This document shows positions 50,301-63,431 of a stretch of 64,000 nt of DNA, piece after piece. A program made the translations under genes and the position numbers. A model generated the notes under the pieces. That model saw only the letters and a list, made by a program, of their open reading frames with translations. It made no database searches and had not been told where the DNA came from. The stretch comes from Blasia pusilla. Its lineage: Eukaryota. Location of the stretch: positions 29,512,001-29,576,000 of the forward strand of contig CM114271.1 of assembly GCA_050084515.1 (NCBI GenBank), read 5' to 3'. Positions within the stretch are counted from its first letter, which is position 1. The number at the start of each line of letters is the position of its first letter.

Positions 50301-52696
50301 AAAAGGAAATTTAGCTTGTTTTCCAAGTTGGCAAGTAAGATATACCTCTACCGTAGCAGGACTCACTAATTTAGGGAGTCATATTATTATATTAGATGAT
50401 GAAAGACTCTGTAATCTTTGAAGATTCATATGTCCAATTCTTTTATGCCACACATTTAGATCTGTGACTTGTTGGCCGGTTCGACTATACATTGCTGTTT
50501 GAATCTCTGGCATAGAAACATCTAATTTGAACGTTCTGCCCGATCTAGTTCCTTTGGCTATCGTAGTCTGGTCATCCATTGTTTCAATGAAATAACCATC
50601 TACGTTAAACATCACTTGATAACCCTGTTCTACTATCTGTCCTACAGAGATCAGATTTCTTGCAATGGTAGGAACATAGAGAACATTTCCAAGAGCACAA
50701 AGACCATCTGATGCTATTGGAACTTTACAAGTATGCGTGATATGATGTTGAGTGTCATCTCTTGTGAGTACAATTGTAGGATCTTTCACCGGCTCCAAAC
50801 TACTGAACCATTTAGCTTGTGACGTCATGTGATTTGATGCACCAGAGTCAATGTACCGATCTGTTGTCGAGTTTTTCTTGACCATTGCTCCCATATGATG
50901 AGTCATGATCAAAAGATGCTATGTTTGTGAATGTTGTTGTTCTTGGTACTGCTCTTGGTGTTGTTGCTCCACATAGTTTTGTTGCTGAAAGGCTCATATT
51001 CTCATATGTGCCTTCTTCTTGAAGAAAAAATTTGCATAGTGACCCTTTATCCCACAGTAATCGCAAGATCCAGGGACCCTCTGCTACTAACCTCAACCCC
51101 AATGGTTTCCACCATCACCACCATGTGATTGTGTCTGGTATTGGTTAGTAGTTGATTGAGTGACGTTATATTGAGTGCCTCTTCCTCCATATGCTTGATA
51201 TCCACCACGACCACGGAAGTTTCTACCATGACCCGTGCCTCGGTTTGATCCATAACCCGCAAATAGCGCACTCTTTTGCAGACTAGACGAGCTACGGCTA
51301 CCTACTAGGCACATCTCTTCACTGATTAATAGAGGAACTAGCTCTTGAAAGGTTGGATACTTCTCTCTCACAGAGATAGAGATCTCAAAGGACTTGTTAA
51401 CCTTTGGAAGGCCTTGAAGAGTGAATAAAATCATGTCATCATCTTCTATTGTCACTCCAATGCTATTCAACTGATCAACAATATGTATGATACTCAAAAT
51501 ATAATCATCGATGCTCTACGATCCTTTCCTCACTTCGTTCAATTGCTATTTCAATTGAAGCTTTCTGGCCTTTGTAGATTTTGGGAACAACTTTTCCAAG
51601 GCTTGCCCCGTCTCCTTGAGAGTATCAACATCTTGGATATGACATATCATTGGCAAACTAATCGTTATTGAAATGTAGTGGATTACTTGCCTTGCGCGTT
51701 TGTTCCAAGCGCGAACATTCAAGTCTGTTGAGTCACCTTATGGTTTGGCCTCATCATTTATGATAAGCTCCCATAGTTCTTGACCCATGAGAAATTGTTT
51801 CATGCGAAGCTTCCAAACATTGTAATTCTGCTTGTCTAGCTCCTCGCCCGTGATTGCTGCTGGGGAATACTCCATGATAAACGATTTCACTCACAAAAAT
51901 TGTAATTTCAAGCTTTCTACTGCTCCAATTGTAGCATAGACCACTCTTGCATAGAAATCGATCTGAAATTTGCCAAAATTGATCAACTGTATGAAAAAAC
52001 TAGTGGAAATTGGCCTGTAGAAAGCAAACTCCATAACTTTTCTTCACTAATTGCACTTTCCTACACTGAAATTGGTGCTGCAAGAGCTTAGAGTGTTAGA
52101 ATCAAGCATTTTTGGGTGCGTTGGAAAGCTCTCGACGAGCTCTAAAATACGTGTGGAAGTAGCGTTTGCCATTGTTTTAGCCAAAGCGGACCCAGACGGC
52201 TGAATCGATTGGGAAAGCCCTAAAAAACTCCTCCAAAGTTTTATCACCGTAAAAGCTCCACCTGAAATCTGCATCCACTAAGCCTTGAATAAATTTTCCT
52301 TCTCCCAAACTGAAATTGTGCCTTCTCTTGCCTCTCTTATCTCTTCAAACACCAAGAATTTCAAATGATGTTCTCCTCCCGCTTTGATACGATCTTGAAA
52401 ACTGCTAAACAAGCATGAGTGGTGGAAAACGGCTTTCACACATACACACCACCATGGAGAACGAAATTTGCAATGAGAGAATGATTGGAGACTGGTCTTC
52501 TTCTCAATTATATAGGGTATGTACGAGCAATCCTAACCCTACCCTTAACCATATTCTCGAGTTAGACTAATTATGATTAACTAACCCTAGTTAAGATAAT
52601 CGTGACTAACCAAGATTAAGCTATCACACTTCGTGTGAGTACCAAATGTAGTAGTTCATGTGTCTCATGAGCTTGACTGTAACTCAATCTTCAATA
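47391..52696 (-). mobile_element. Ty1/Copia element, family 1 copy B (full length, degenerate)
   Basis: LTRs at 47391-47702 and 52393-52696. Degenerate PBS at 52381-52392, PPT at 47703-47712. gag, PR (YIDSGAS), INT, RT (SYVDD) and RH are in broken ORFs. Candidate TSD CTATG at 47390-47394 and 52697-52701 overlaps a slightly eroded LTR end. Confidence 0.95.
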
Positions 52697-52889
52697 CTAT
52701 GCAACGTGGGAAAAAGATTACAGAATAATTGAATATGGATTCTCTTCCTTTTGAGGAGAGGAAGATGATCCACCAAAGACTTGCAAACAATGTTTATTTG
52801 GATATCTAGTATATTCCGAGAAAAGCATGCCTTTGTTCGGTCTTATTCGTATCCACCTCTTTGTCCAAGGTGATCTTATGTGGCTTCTG

Positions 52890-53120
52890 CAAAAGTAAAA
52901 GTGCTCATGACCACCGATTTGCATCACACATTCTATGAGATGGTCAGACTTCCCACAAGCAAAACAGTCATCAACGTTTCGGATTTGCAGCACCCGCTTT
53001 GCTGGTTCCCTACGTCCTGGAAAGATTTCACTAAAGCTTTGTGTTTCCATAGCATCTTTGATGGTCAAAATCATAGGCAAGTCCTTCTACTCTATGACAA
53101 CTTTGATCATCTTCCCCCGA
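52890..53120 (-). pseudogene. XDH: Xanthine dehydrogenase fragment (hammerhead to Mo-binding junction)
   Basis: DLPMILTIKDAMETQSF...NVDDCFACGKSDHLIECVMQIGGHEHFYF matches the pattern LPAILSI.EAI...GDV..CF...IEGEVQ.GGQEHFYLE. Confidence 0.85.
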
Positions 53121-53822
53121 CACAAGAATATATATGAGGTTATTCGTCGAAGCCTCTCAATATGAGGAAATAAATTACATGCCAAAAGGGGTGGAACTTG
53201 GAGACACTCAGAATCTCCTTGTCATGCATAGACAACATCGGAATTTATTTTGTTCTAGAAGTGGCCCAAATACCAATTAAGTGCACCAAATACTGGTGAA
53301 TATAAAAGTGTAGACACTCGAATCCGCACCATGTATAATTATCTATCATTAAATGAAGCCTGCCACAGAGTTTGACAGATGCACCGCTATCCCCCCCCTT
53401 CTAAACACTCGTTTAATGGAAGACAGAAGGTTCTCTTGGGACCATGAGGTCTGTCTAATGACCATGAAGTCTTCCACAAGACTACCCATCACCAGGGTGA
53501 TGAAGATTGGAAATAATCTCTAGTCACATTCTATGTTCATAGACTAGTGCTACTCTTCAAACTACCAAACGGAGCATTGAAGACTTGATTTTTCTAAGCA
53601 TTATTGTACCTTGTAATCTACAGTCTCATTTTCTTGTTGCACTTTAGGCTTTGCAAAAGAAAGGACATGTTCAATTCAATACAAGAATGGTCAAGGCTCT
53701 AGTGCAGTTCTTGGAACTTGCATTATCAAGTTAGGAAAAGAGCGTCCACGAATATAAATTGAAATCTCTACAAATTATACATAGAAGTGAAATTCAAAGG
53801 ACATGATCTGAGGGTCCTACAC

Positions 53823-53916
53823 AACAGCCGGTTGAGTTGGATCGAAGTGAGAGACCATCATAGTACAAGCTCCACATCCTCCCTCTCCACATCCCAATTT
53901 CATTCCTATGAGACCC
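53823..53916 (-). pseudogene. XDH: Xanthine dehydrogenase fragment (N-terminal 2Fe-2S motif)
   Basis: Manual translation GLIGMKLGCGEGGCGACTMMVSHFD, the canonical GTKLGCGEGGCGACTVMVS motif. Not in the ORF track. Confidence 0.88.
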
Positions 53917-54604
53917 TCATTTGTACAGAGACCATTCAACAAGGTTGACTTAGATTCCAATTATGTAGGAGCACATGTAGAAGCTAGAGCTTTCCTATAA
54001 GCCCAAATACAAATAATTCTTTTCAATAGACTTTGGGAATTATCCAAGAATCCGATCACATGCAAAGAAAATGTACATCAGTAGCAAGAAGAAAGAAGGC
54101 TCACATAGTTCTCAAGAAGAAGGTTTGGGGCAGTAAGCACGATAGAGTGGTAGTTCAAAGTGAGCAAACATACTTGAACAAAATCAATGCAAGATAGATA
54201 CTCGGGGAGGTCACTATATGAAAGGTTCTACATCACCTACGACGTTTTGGGTTTAGACCCCCTAACATATAAGTAATTTTTTTTTCTCACCCTTATGTAC
54301 TTTAAAGGAGTCATTTTTGGTATGTTAAAATTCTTTAAGTAAAGAAATCACTTGAAATAAATAAGGCCTTGAAAGAAAAGAAAATTACCAAGTTAAGTTA
54401 AAATCCAACATGTTGTCCTTAGATATGATAGAGGGGGATTCAACCCCTAATTGAGCAAGAAGCTCAATCAGCCAATCTATCATCCCCTTAACCTACTCCC
54501 TCCCACTAACCTACTCACAATTCAACAGTGTCAAGTACACTCTAAGCACAATCCACAAAAATATTGAATCCAACATGTCTCAAACATAAAAAAACTCACC
54601 AAGA

Positions 54605-55261
54605 TCAACTCACACTCTGAATGTATGTAGTCAAAGCATGTAAGTCAACTGAATCAAGTATATATATCGTATCTTGTACCCCTAATTTCATTATCAAGTT
54701 CACATTAGAAATCACCATTTCAATATCAATCCATTGCACATCTATTGCATCATAAGTGAACAACGTTTTGTTGTTACCATGGCCGGAAGACTTGTACCAA
54801 TTACACATGATACGAAAAATGCGTCCCTTTTGTAGAGGAGGAGGTATAGACATGCCCATCAAGTCCAAGGCCCTACGACATCTTGACCAATGTGTACCAT
54901 TATTTTGAATCATAAACACGATACGCCCCAACCAATACTTCTTTTTTGCAACTCTTGCCTCCGTTGCAAGTTGTGTCACTTTTCCCTTCATTTTCTTTGA
55001 CTTTTTTGATCTTGTGGAAGGGCCAATGTTTGCTATAGATTCTAAAAAAAATGCGATATCACTACCAACATCAACCAAACAAGTTGGGCAATTAGGATCA
55101 TGCTCTTTTTCCTTGCCAGTAGTGTAATATGTCTTTTGGGCTATTCGAGTTAGTATGTCCCTTGACATGAAAGGATTGCAAGACAAGTGATTTACAAGGG
55201 TGAATTTATAGATAATCTTCTCCTCATAAGTTACAGTAGGAAATATTTCATGTGGAATCGC
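54605..55261 (-). CDS. Uncharacterised ~220-aa open frame, possibly the C-terminal domain of a DNA-transposon protein
   Basis: Long stop-free frame in otherwise decayed AT-rich DNA with globular-looking composition (VDVGSDIAFF, YWLGRI, CNWY, FTYDAIDVQWID). No family recognised with confidence. Confidence 0.35.
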   Translation of the reverse strand, partial: AIPHEIFPTVTYEEKIIYKFTLVNHLSCNPFMSRDILTRIAQKTYYTTGKEKEHDPNCPTCLVDVGSDIAFFLESIANIGPSTRSKKSKKMKGKVTQLATEARVAKKKYWLGRIVFMIQNNGTHWSRCRRALDLMGMSIPPPLQKGRIFRIMCNWYKSSGHGNNKTLFTYDAIDVQWIDIEMVISNVNLIMKLGVQDTIYILDSVDLHALTTYIQSVS

Positions 55262-56851
55262 CATAGTAGTCAATTTTTCTTAAGAACCACGCTCACACAG
55301 AGTTGCGAATTCTCAAGTGTTTCTAGAGAGCTCAAAGATAAAAATATGATTGGCAACAAACAGGAAAATTAGATTCGCTAATCACTCTATACACAACTTT
55401 CCATAAGAGATGAAATTGATTTTAGCTTTCAACCACACATTTTGTGTTGGAAAAATATGGGCGCAACTGAATACTGAAGTTGAGTGCTCATCCGAGGTTG
55501 GCCCATGGTGGCATTACAAGAGGCGGATGCATGGTGGCTATGTGGAGAAGCACAGGACTACAGTGGAGAGATGGCAAGGAGAGGAAGATTTTAGGTGGGC
55601 GCATTAGGTTACAAATATCTCTCTTTCACGACCAAATTTGATTCCCCCCACGACCAAATGTGAATCAAAAGAGAGAGAGGTCCCATGCTTACCTAAATCA
55701 GCGTGAAAGCAAGAGGGTGGATAACAATAAGCTGACCAAGGCCAAACAATGGTGAACCAACTTCAACAATAAGCTGACACCACAGACATACACAAACGAT
55801 TCCAAAGAAGCACGGTCCATCCTTTTGAGGTTCCAATATCGTAGGATGTAGATCCAATTGAAAAAAAAAAGACACCTTGAGCTCCTTCACAAGTAGGTGT
55901 TAATCACCACAGATTGAAGAAAGATTTTTAACATGTTTATTGTTAGGAAGAACTCGACACAGGATTGATCGAAGCTTGCTCGATCATCAAACCTCCCTCC
56001 AGCCCGCCTGCAACTTGCTTGAAAGCTCCTCTTTCGAGTGGCAGTTGTTCGTCTTTCCTTGAAAGGTTTTCCCCTAAACTTAAAACCAGTTCAAGTCTTC
56101 TTGGGAGAAATAGTGGGAAAATGGTTAAGGGGGAAACCATTTAGAAAAAAAAAAACTATCTTTTTCCCTCTAAATTTCCCTGAAAAGAATCAAAGAATTC
56201 CTCTATAGGCAGGAAATTATTATATACTATTAAATTTGAAAGAAATATAACTAAATTCTATGCAAAAATATGTATTATATATATATTTTTTGAGTATTAA
56301 CCCTATCTTATGTGAACATCTTCCATGGAAGGACAACTAATATAAAGACCCTTCCATGACGTTCTTTTAAGACCTTCATGGAATAAATTGAACCCTATTG
56401 TTCTTCCACAAAACTTAATAAGTCTTCCAAGGGTCGCAATTAAAAAACCTCTTACTTTGTCGCACGTGATGGGGCATATTTGTGGAAGTGAGATCTTTGA
56501 GGATAGATACAACACACAATGTAGGAAGAATTGAACACACGGGTATACTTAGTTGACAAGACTGAGTCAATACATCTATAAAGAAGTATTGATATTTGAA
56601 GAACCATCTTCATGAAAGCCAAATTAGTCAATTCCACTCCTCGCTCTCGAAAAAGTTCACGAGTCATTCTCTTTGTCAATAGTGCACACAGCCGGTCTCC
56701 TGTCCAGTCCCTCCAATGATGCCCACTTTTTCCTTCCTTCCTCTACAGATTCAACTCCAACAATATGCACACCTCAAACCATTCCAACTCCTCTCCCTCT
56801 CATTCCACTAGTGTATCCACTTATGTAAATTGGTTACTTCAACTACTGCAC

Positions 56852-57058
<207 letters not shown>

Positions 57059-58395
57059 TATCGGAGGAGCGTTGAGTGAACAAAGGATTTGCCTCATTTC
57101 ATATCCGCAAAATCCCTCCCGATAAACGAACACATTATCAAGCCAATGCATGAAACCCTGTCTACCACGGTCGCCTCTCTTGAGCTTTGATTTGAATACA
57201 CTTGTATGCTCTTTCAATGTCCCGAACTGTCAACCATGGCCGCCACTCCTAAGCCTTGATTTGAAAAAGCCCAACTTGCCCTTTGCCCTAATCTCACCCT
57301 CTCCTTTCACTCTTGAATATCAAGGTACCCTATCCCGCCACTTGCGAAACCTATCTTACCCGATTCTATTTAGTCTCTGAACTCATGCCCCCGCCCCCTC
57401 CTAGTTGCGCTCTACCGTCAACATCTCTTCGTTCGGGTGATCTCTAAACTCACGCCCTTGCGGCCCCACTCTCTCTTTGTTCACAAGTAGTGTTGTCTCT
57501 GAACTTATGGCCTGCCCTCTCTTCATTCACGTCTTTGCTCACACTCTCGCCACTTTAGATAATTTAGTTATTGGTTTTATTTTTTTCATTTAAAAAAACA
57601 GACAAATTAATACTTTGGAATTTTTTACATTAAAGTATTAAAAAATATCATTTGTGTTCTACGATCCTTCAATCACTAGGAGAATTGTGTGGTTTCTATG
57701 ACTAGGCTTTAAATTACTTGCCGAAAGAATCACTCAAAGTATGACTAAAATGGTTTAGTCCTAAAATTCAAGGTTGCACAACTCACCTAGTCATGTACTT
57801 ATTACTAAAGTAGTAATCAATACCCTTTAGTAAAGACTAGTCGTACAGAGTCATAAATAACGACTAGTGTGTTTTAGTGATCTCATGCTCCAATGGTAAC
57901 GTGTTTTTAATGTTGTTGGGATGTATAAATATATATATGTCCTACGTTCCTAGGATTGGGTTGCCCCTCGGGAAAAAAACTGAATATTCTTGCACCCGTG
58001 GTTCAGGCGGAAACGTACTAAAACAGGGCTCACGTATGAAGAGAAAGTTCCACGTCTCTCTGCCATTTTCATGTCATCATGGAGTTAAAAAAATTATCGC
58101 ATCTTTGGATGGCAGTGAAAGTTAACACAAGCCAAGGCCTTAAATCCCTCCACATCTTGAACAATTTCAGATCTGCTAGTTAGCTCTCCGTGCTCAAACC
58201 AATAATGAAAGATTGGATTTAGGGTTTTCCATGTGTGAGTGTTCATTTGAAGTATTTTCTTTTTCCCTCTGTTTCTGGGTTAAGGTTGCCATCCAGGAGA
58301 AAGTTTCATGTTTTTTGGGCCCCATGTCGAGGGTGGAGGGTACAAAAAGCGACGCCAAGTAGGAGGAAGAGGGTGTTGACTAGGATTGTTTCGAG

Positions 58396-58440
58396 TGTCA
58401 TGCGCATACACATCGCTATACAACATACATCTTTGTCACC
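58396..58440. repeat. Diverged relative of the repeat A terminus
   Basis: tgtcatgcgcatacacatcgctatacaacatacatc aligns with tgtcgtgtgaatccacatcgtcatacaacatacatc at 12220. Confidence 0.65.
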
Positions 58441-59950
58441 GAACACACACGCAAACACACACGATCCCATGCTAACTCATGACATCCAAACAACGAGACA
58501 AGAAGTACTAAAATATCTCCAATACAGTAAGATCCAATCTCTCTCTATACCATCTCACACCATAGCTCTCAAAGTTGTGCACTCTCTCTCATGTCAAACC
58601 AAACCCACTCTCCTAATGAGAGGCTTGGGTTACACTCACAAGGCAAGAGACCTTAGCTCTACCGCCTTATGCCAAGAGGTTCAACAAAGAGAGAATGAGC
58701 TCTCAAGCTCTCTCTCCTTGAGGTATATCCCTCCCCTCTCCCAAGCTCTCTCCATGGTAACTACTACATCTGCCACTCAAAGGGATGCATAGCCCTAGAG
58801 CCTTCACCCTCTTCACGGATTGCTCACGCCTTCCAAGTTTGCTCAGCTCCCCAGACTTGCACATTCGTTAGAGGAGCCCCAACAAAGTCCCCTTTATCCA
58901 TCCACAACTTTATCAGAAGAGCAAGCGATATCGCCCCTATCACAAAACAACCTAATTTGCAATTTCATCAAACAAACCAAATTATTGGCACCCACAAATT
59001 CACAGCTTCATTACAAGCCCTACATTTACACATTTGTCAGAGGAGCCACAACAAAGTTACTTGCATCCATCCACAACTTAATTTGAAGAGAGACGACCGA
59101 TCGACTTTACCCCTACCACAAACAAACCAACCCAATTTGTAGTTTCATCAAAAGAATCGGTAATTGATGGCACCTCAATTTTAGAGGCTCATCGCCCACT
59201 TTCTCAATCATCCCATCAACTATCACACATCATCGCATAGAGCTCCAGCACACGGACAAAGTCCACAATATCACCTTCAACTTCAAACTTGGCGGGAACA
59301 CCGCAATATTAATGGAGGCTCGATTGCGAACTATTTCCTATTTAAAACAATTCGTTATCATTCAAAAAGGACACACGTTTACAAAACTAGCAATTAATTG
59401 GAAAATAAAAAAAAAAAAAATGAAGTAAATATTTATTGAGAGAGAGGAGTACGATTCGGTGGAAGGCATTGTACATTGGTCCAATTTTTAAAAGTACAAG
59501 AAGGAAACACATTTAGATAGAGATTTGCGAGAGAGAGAGAGAGTGGGCTAAGCAAAAAGGGCGGACTCGAGAGGAGGCAAAGACCATTATTCTTCATAGA
59601 GACCGAAATCCAATCCTTTCCCCGTGCGTACTTGCAGCGTAATGAAAAAATTCCGGAGAGAGAGAGCTTCTCTCCATAATGTGCTACTTGACCTCTTCCA
59701 CAATGCCCACTCTCCCAAGCCAGAGCTGCCCACTTCCTATGCTCCGCACTTCTCTTGCGGCAACCTATATTATTATTGGAGAGTGCCTTCTTGATTTGCA
59801 AACACCTCTCTGTTTGACACATGGCAATTGGGCAGCAAAAAAATGTTTCACATCCTACGCGCAACAAGAAAATTTAAATTTGGGTGCATTATCATTAGCC
59901 CCTTCATGGACTATACACTAGCAAAAGCTGTTCAAACCCTAATTTTATTT

Positions 59951-59978
59951 CCCGTGCATTGCACGAACATCTTACTAG
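59951..59978 (+). mobile_element. Helitron 3' terminus (plus strand)
   Basis: cccgtgcattgcacgaa hairpin, 7 nt, then CTAG|t. The 5' end was not located. Confidence 0.75.
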
Positions 59979-62555
59979 TGATGTGATAAAGCTATATGGG
60001 CTCCAAACTTGCTACCTACAAAATATGCTCATATTCACATAAAATATGCTCAGGCACAAGCAAACCGTGTCTAGAAACGACCTGAGTAGGGAGAAAAAAA
60101 ACCGTAAATCATACTATTAAGACGCTCCCAAAGAATGCCACATGTGAAGCCTTTTGGCTTTCTAAATTTTAAAAAAATATTTCAATGCTAATCCAATAGA
60201 AAGGAGGTTTTAGAAGTTCTTTTATTTTTTAAAATTAATTTATATTAAAAAATTAATTCTTTGGAAGAAATTTTTAGTCTCTTTGATGTTTAATTGAATT
60301 TAAATTCTAAAAATTATTTTTTATTTAAATAATTTATATGAATTTTTTTATATTTCATGTTAATTTTGGAAGGGAAATTATATCTTATTTTGGAAAAATT
60401 ATAATAGACTAAGGAAAATATTCTTATTCATCAATAGGACTCAAATGATTTTACATTTTTTCAAAAAATTTCAAACTTTAATTGTGAGGGATTTCTAAAA
60501 AATATTAAAAAAAAACTTTGGATTAAAATGAGTGATGTTATTTTATTCATTAAGAAATGGAGGTTAAAAAAATTAATGATATTTATTTTGATTTGATATA
60601 TATAGGAATACAAGTAGTGGAAAAATCATGAGTATAGTGAAATTGGAAAAGTATCAGATTTCTTTCTACTTCATCATTGGCTTTGTAATGGTATAGTGCC
60701 AAAACTCACTCACATGAATAATCTTGAGGTTCAAAAACTCATCACCTCTATGCATCTTTTGAGTATGATAGAGTACGTATGAGTCGGTATGACATAATTA
60801 GAATCACAAAGTAAAGTCGGGCTACCAATTTCCACTCTTCCAAGCTCAACCTGGAATTTCTTTTATTTAGTTGTGAATTCTAGACCTCGTACTTATGACT
60901 ACCACTCACTTGGCCATGTGAGTGTTTCTCTTACTACATGTCTTGAAACAATTGCAATGTGCTCTTTTGAACCCTTCCTATCATAATTGTTCACATATTA
61001 CACTTACTTGGATAACTACCACTTGTGCCAATTGCTTTGATAGGAGAGGGCAAAATCTTGACCAAGAATTGGTGCAATTATTCTCTTGGCATGGAGATAT
61101 ATACTCCATTAGTAAAACTTCCAATAAAAATAAAGTGTACTTGTAAAAAATTCAAAGGTACTCCATTACATGTACTCCCCAAACTCGATCCTCTATTTAA
61201 AGTTCTCATCTTTCCTATAGGGAAGAAAGAAAATCAGCTGCCAAATTTGAAAAGTGGTCACTAGACACAAGTGATAAGCATCCCTTGTCTCTCTAATTGT
61301 GAGTCCTATTGTAAAGTTGGCATCCATCCACATGTACCGTAAATGAAAAAAGAAAAAGCAAGAAATAATCCCATAATCACAAACTTTGTTAAATTTCTTA
61401 GCCGTTGGTGTTAAAGTCCCAAGGTTCAAAGAACTTAGGTTGGGATATGGATCTGCCATATGGTTACACACACTACGTTGTATGCACGCGTAGTGTTCAT
61501 ACATAGCATCTCTCCATCCACCTGGATGAACGGAACGGTGACCTTAGATTGTCCCACCGACCTAATGGCCTTGGAAGTTTTCGAGGGAGGTTCGGGGGAG
61601 GAAGTTTGATTGACCGAACGAGATTGCCTGAGTTATAGGCACTCATGGAGAGTATTTTCAAAAGAGAAAACCTTGTGATCCCTAGATGAAAAGTCGCATG
61701 GAAAACATTTGCATGGATGCCAATAATTTCGTGTGGTTGGCGAAGGTTTGAGCTTGGAATCCAATACAGCGCATGCCACCTCTTTATGATCAACGTAGTC
61801 CGTCCGTCCGTCCGTAAGAATTGTTGACATCTTGTGAGCACCACTCGCCGACAGGGGCACATGTTTAGGGCCTTATCTTAAGGAAAGCGGACACGTCGAT
61901 AGGCGGTTTGTCAGATTGGAGTTGCGAATTGTCATTATGGTTTCATTTTTTTTCCCATGTAATAGAATGGCTCGGAAGGAAGTGGCGAAAGCCTTGTTGG
62001 GACGCGTAGTGATGTAAGACTTATATATCGGTGTCATTTTCAAACGATGTAGTGGGTTTACAGTGGTGCCTTTTTCCCTCTCTCAAATCACCAGCAGTGC
62101 GTATACAAATACTACACATAACAACCACATGTATGTATACTCCAACAGGAGATGTCACTAGTCTTCTTATTGCGAAAACGAGCAGATGGGAACACGGGTA
62201 GCTCAATGAAACCAAATTGGCTGCATTGTCCCACTAGAAGCACACCCTATTCTCAACAGGAGACATTTACATTGCCCTACGGGTTAAAAGATAACGAGCT
62301 GGACCGGCATTATTGAGCTGAATTTTTCAAAGAGTAGAATGCTATACCTACTGCGTCGTTGGACATTCCAACAGTAACCGCAAGGACAGCCAAGCAGATT
62401 AACCACTTGATGTGTGCATTCTTGATTGTTCCTCTGGGTCGATAGCCACCGCAAAACTTCGTCGACTGCCTCATACGCTTCATTGCGTCTGTGATGATGT
62501 CCAGAGTGTTGCAGTCAATCGTTTTCTGATTTGTGGTCGGAGTAACATCCATGTC

Positions 62556-63431
62556 GCTTAGTCCCAAGTGATTGGTACAGATTGGGAAGGCGTTGTAGTA
62601 ATGTTGGACTTCTCCCTTGCGAAGACTATTTTTCCGGGATTGTCTTGAACACAATCTCTTGGGGGCCTTCCTCTTGGAGTTGCCGATACCCATGTCTAAT
62701 ACTCATGCAAACTTTTTTACATTAACTGCCCCGCACAAACAGTCAAATACAACCTATGTGAGGTTAAATTTCCGGGGATGAATCAAGGAAAGAATCGCTC
62801 AGGGATGTCTGGAGCGGTTTGAGGAAGAGAGAATGCTGAAATTGGGGGACTTGTGTTATTTTATACAACATATTTTCCAACATTGCCCAGGTCCATAAAC
62901 AGTTACAGCAGATCTGCATTGTCGTAGTCTTTCGGTGAAGCGTCAAAGCTTAAGCGTTGCTTGTGCAATTACAACGGAGAATTAAATCAAGTTTGTTCTG
63001 GTTCCCCGTCGATATGGATCGCAACACTGCTTTGTCGTAAGTCCCAACTTACGCCTCGCTGAAGCATGACGTTGTTGCTTGCTTTGGTTACTTGTCCCAC
63101 CTGGCATTGACACGCAAATTAGAAACTTTTCACGTAGCTCTGCAGTACAAAAATTGCTCAGTTTAGAATAAACATTCAATAGAATTTCGTTCAACCGTTA
63201 AGTACACCTAGAGAAACATAAATGGAATATTCCCTGCCCATTTTTCCCTCACGAGAGAATTCACTGATAACTGAGTTGGCCTACACATGAGCAGGCATGC
63301 GAAAGTGTTACTCTTGAACTAGTCGGTATTTGCCAACACCAATACGAAGGTAGAGGTAATGCACGTCTCGATTCTTGGTTTGCTTAGTCCCAAGTGATTG
63401 GTACAGATTGGGAAGGCGTTGTAGTAATGTT
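62556..63431. repeat. Perfect 50-bp dispersed direct repeat (62556-62605 and 63382-63431)
   Basis: gcttagtcccaagtgattggtacagattgggaaggcgttgtagtaatgtt occurs twice, 826 bp apart. Confidence 0.92.
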
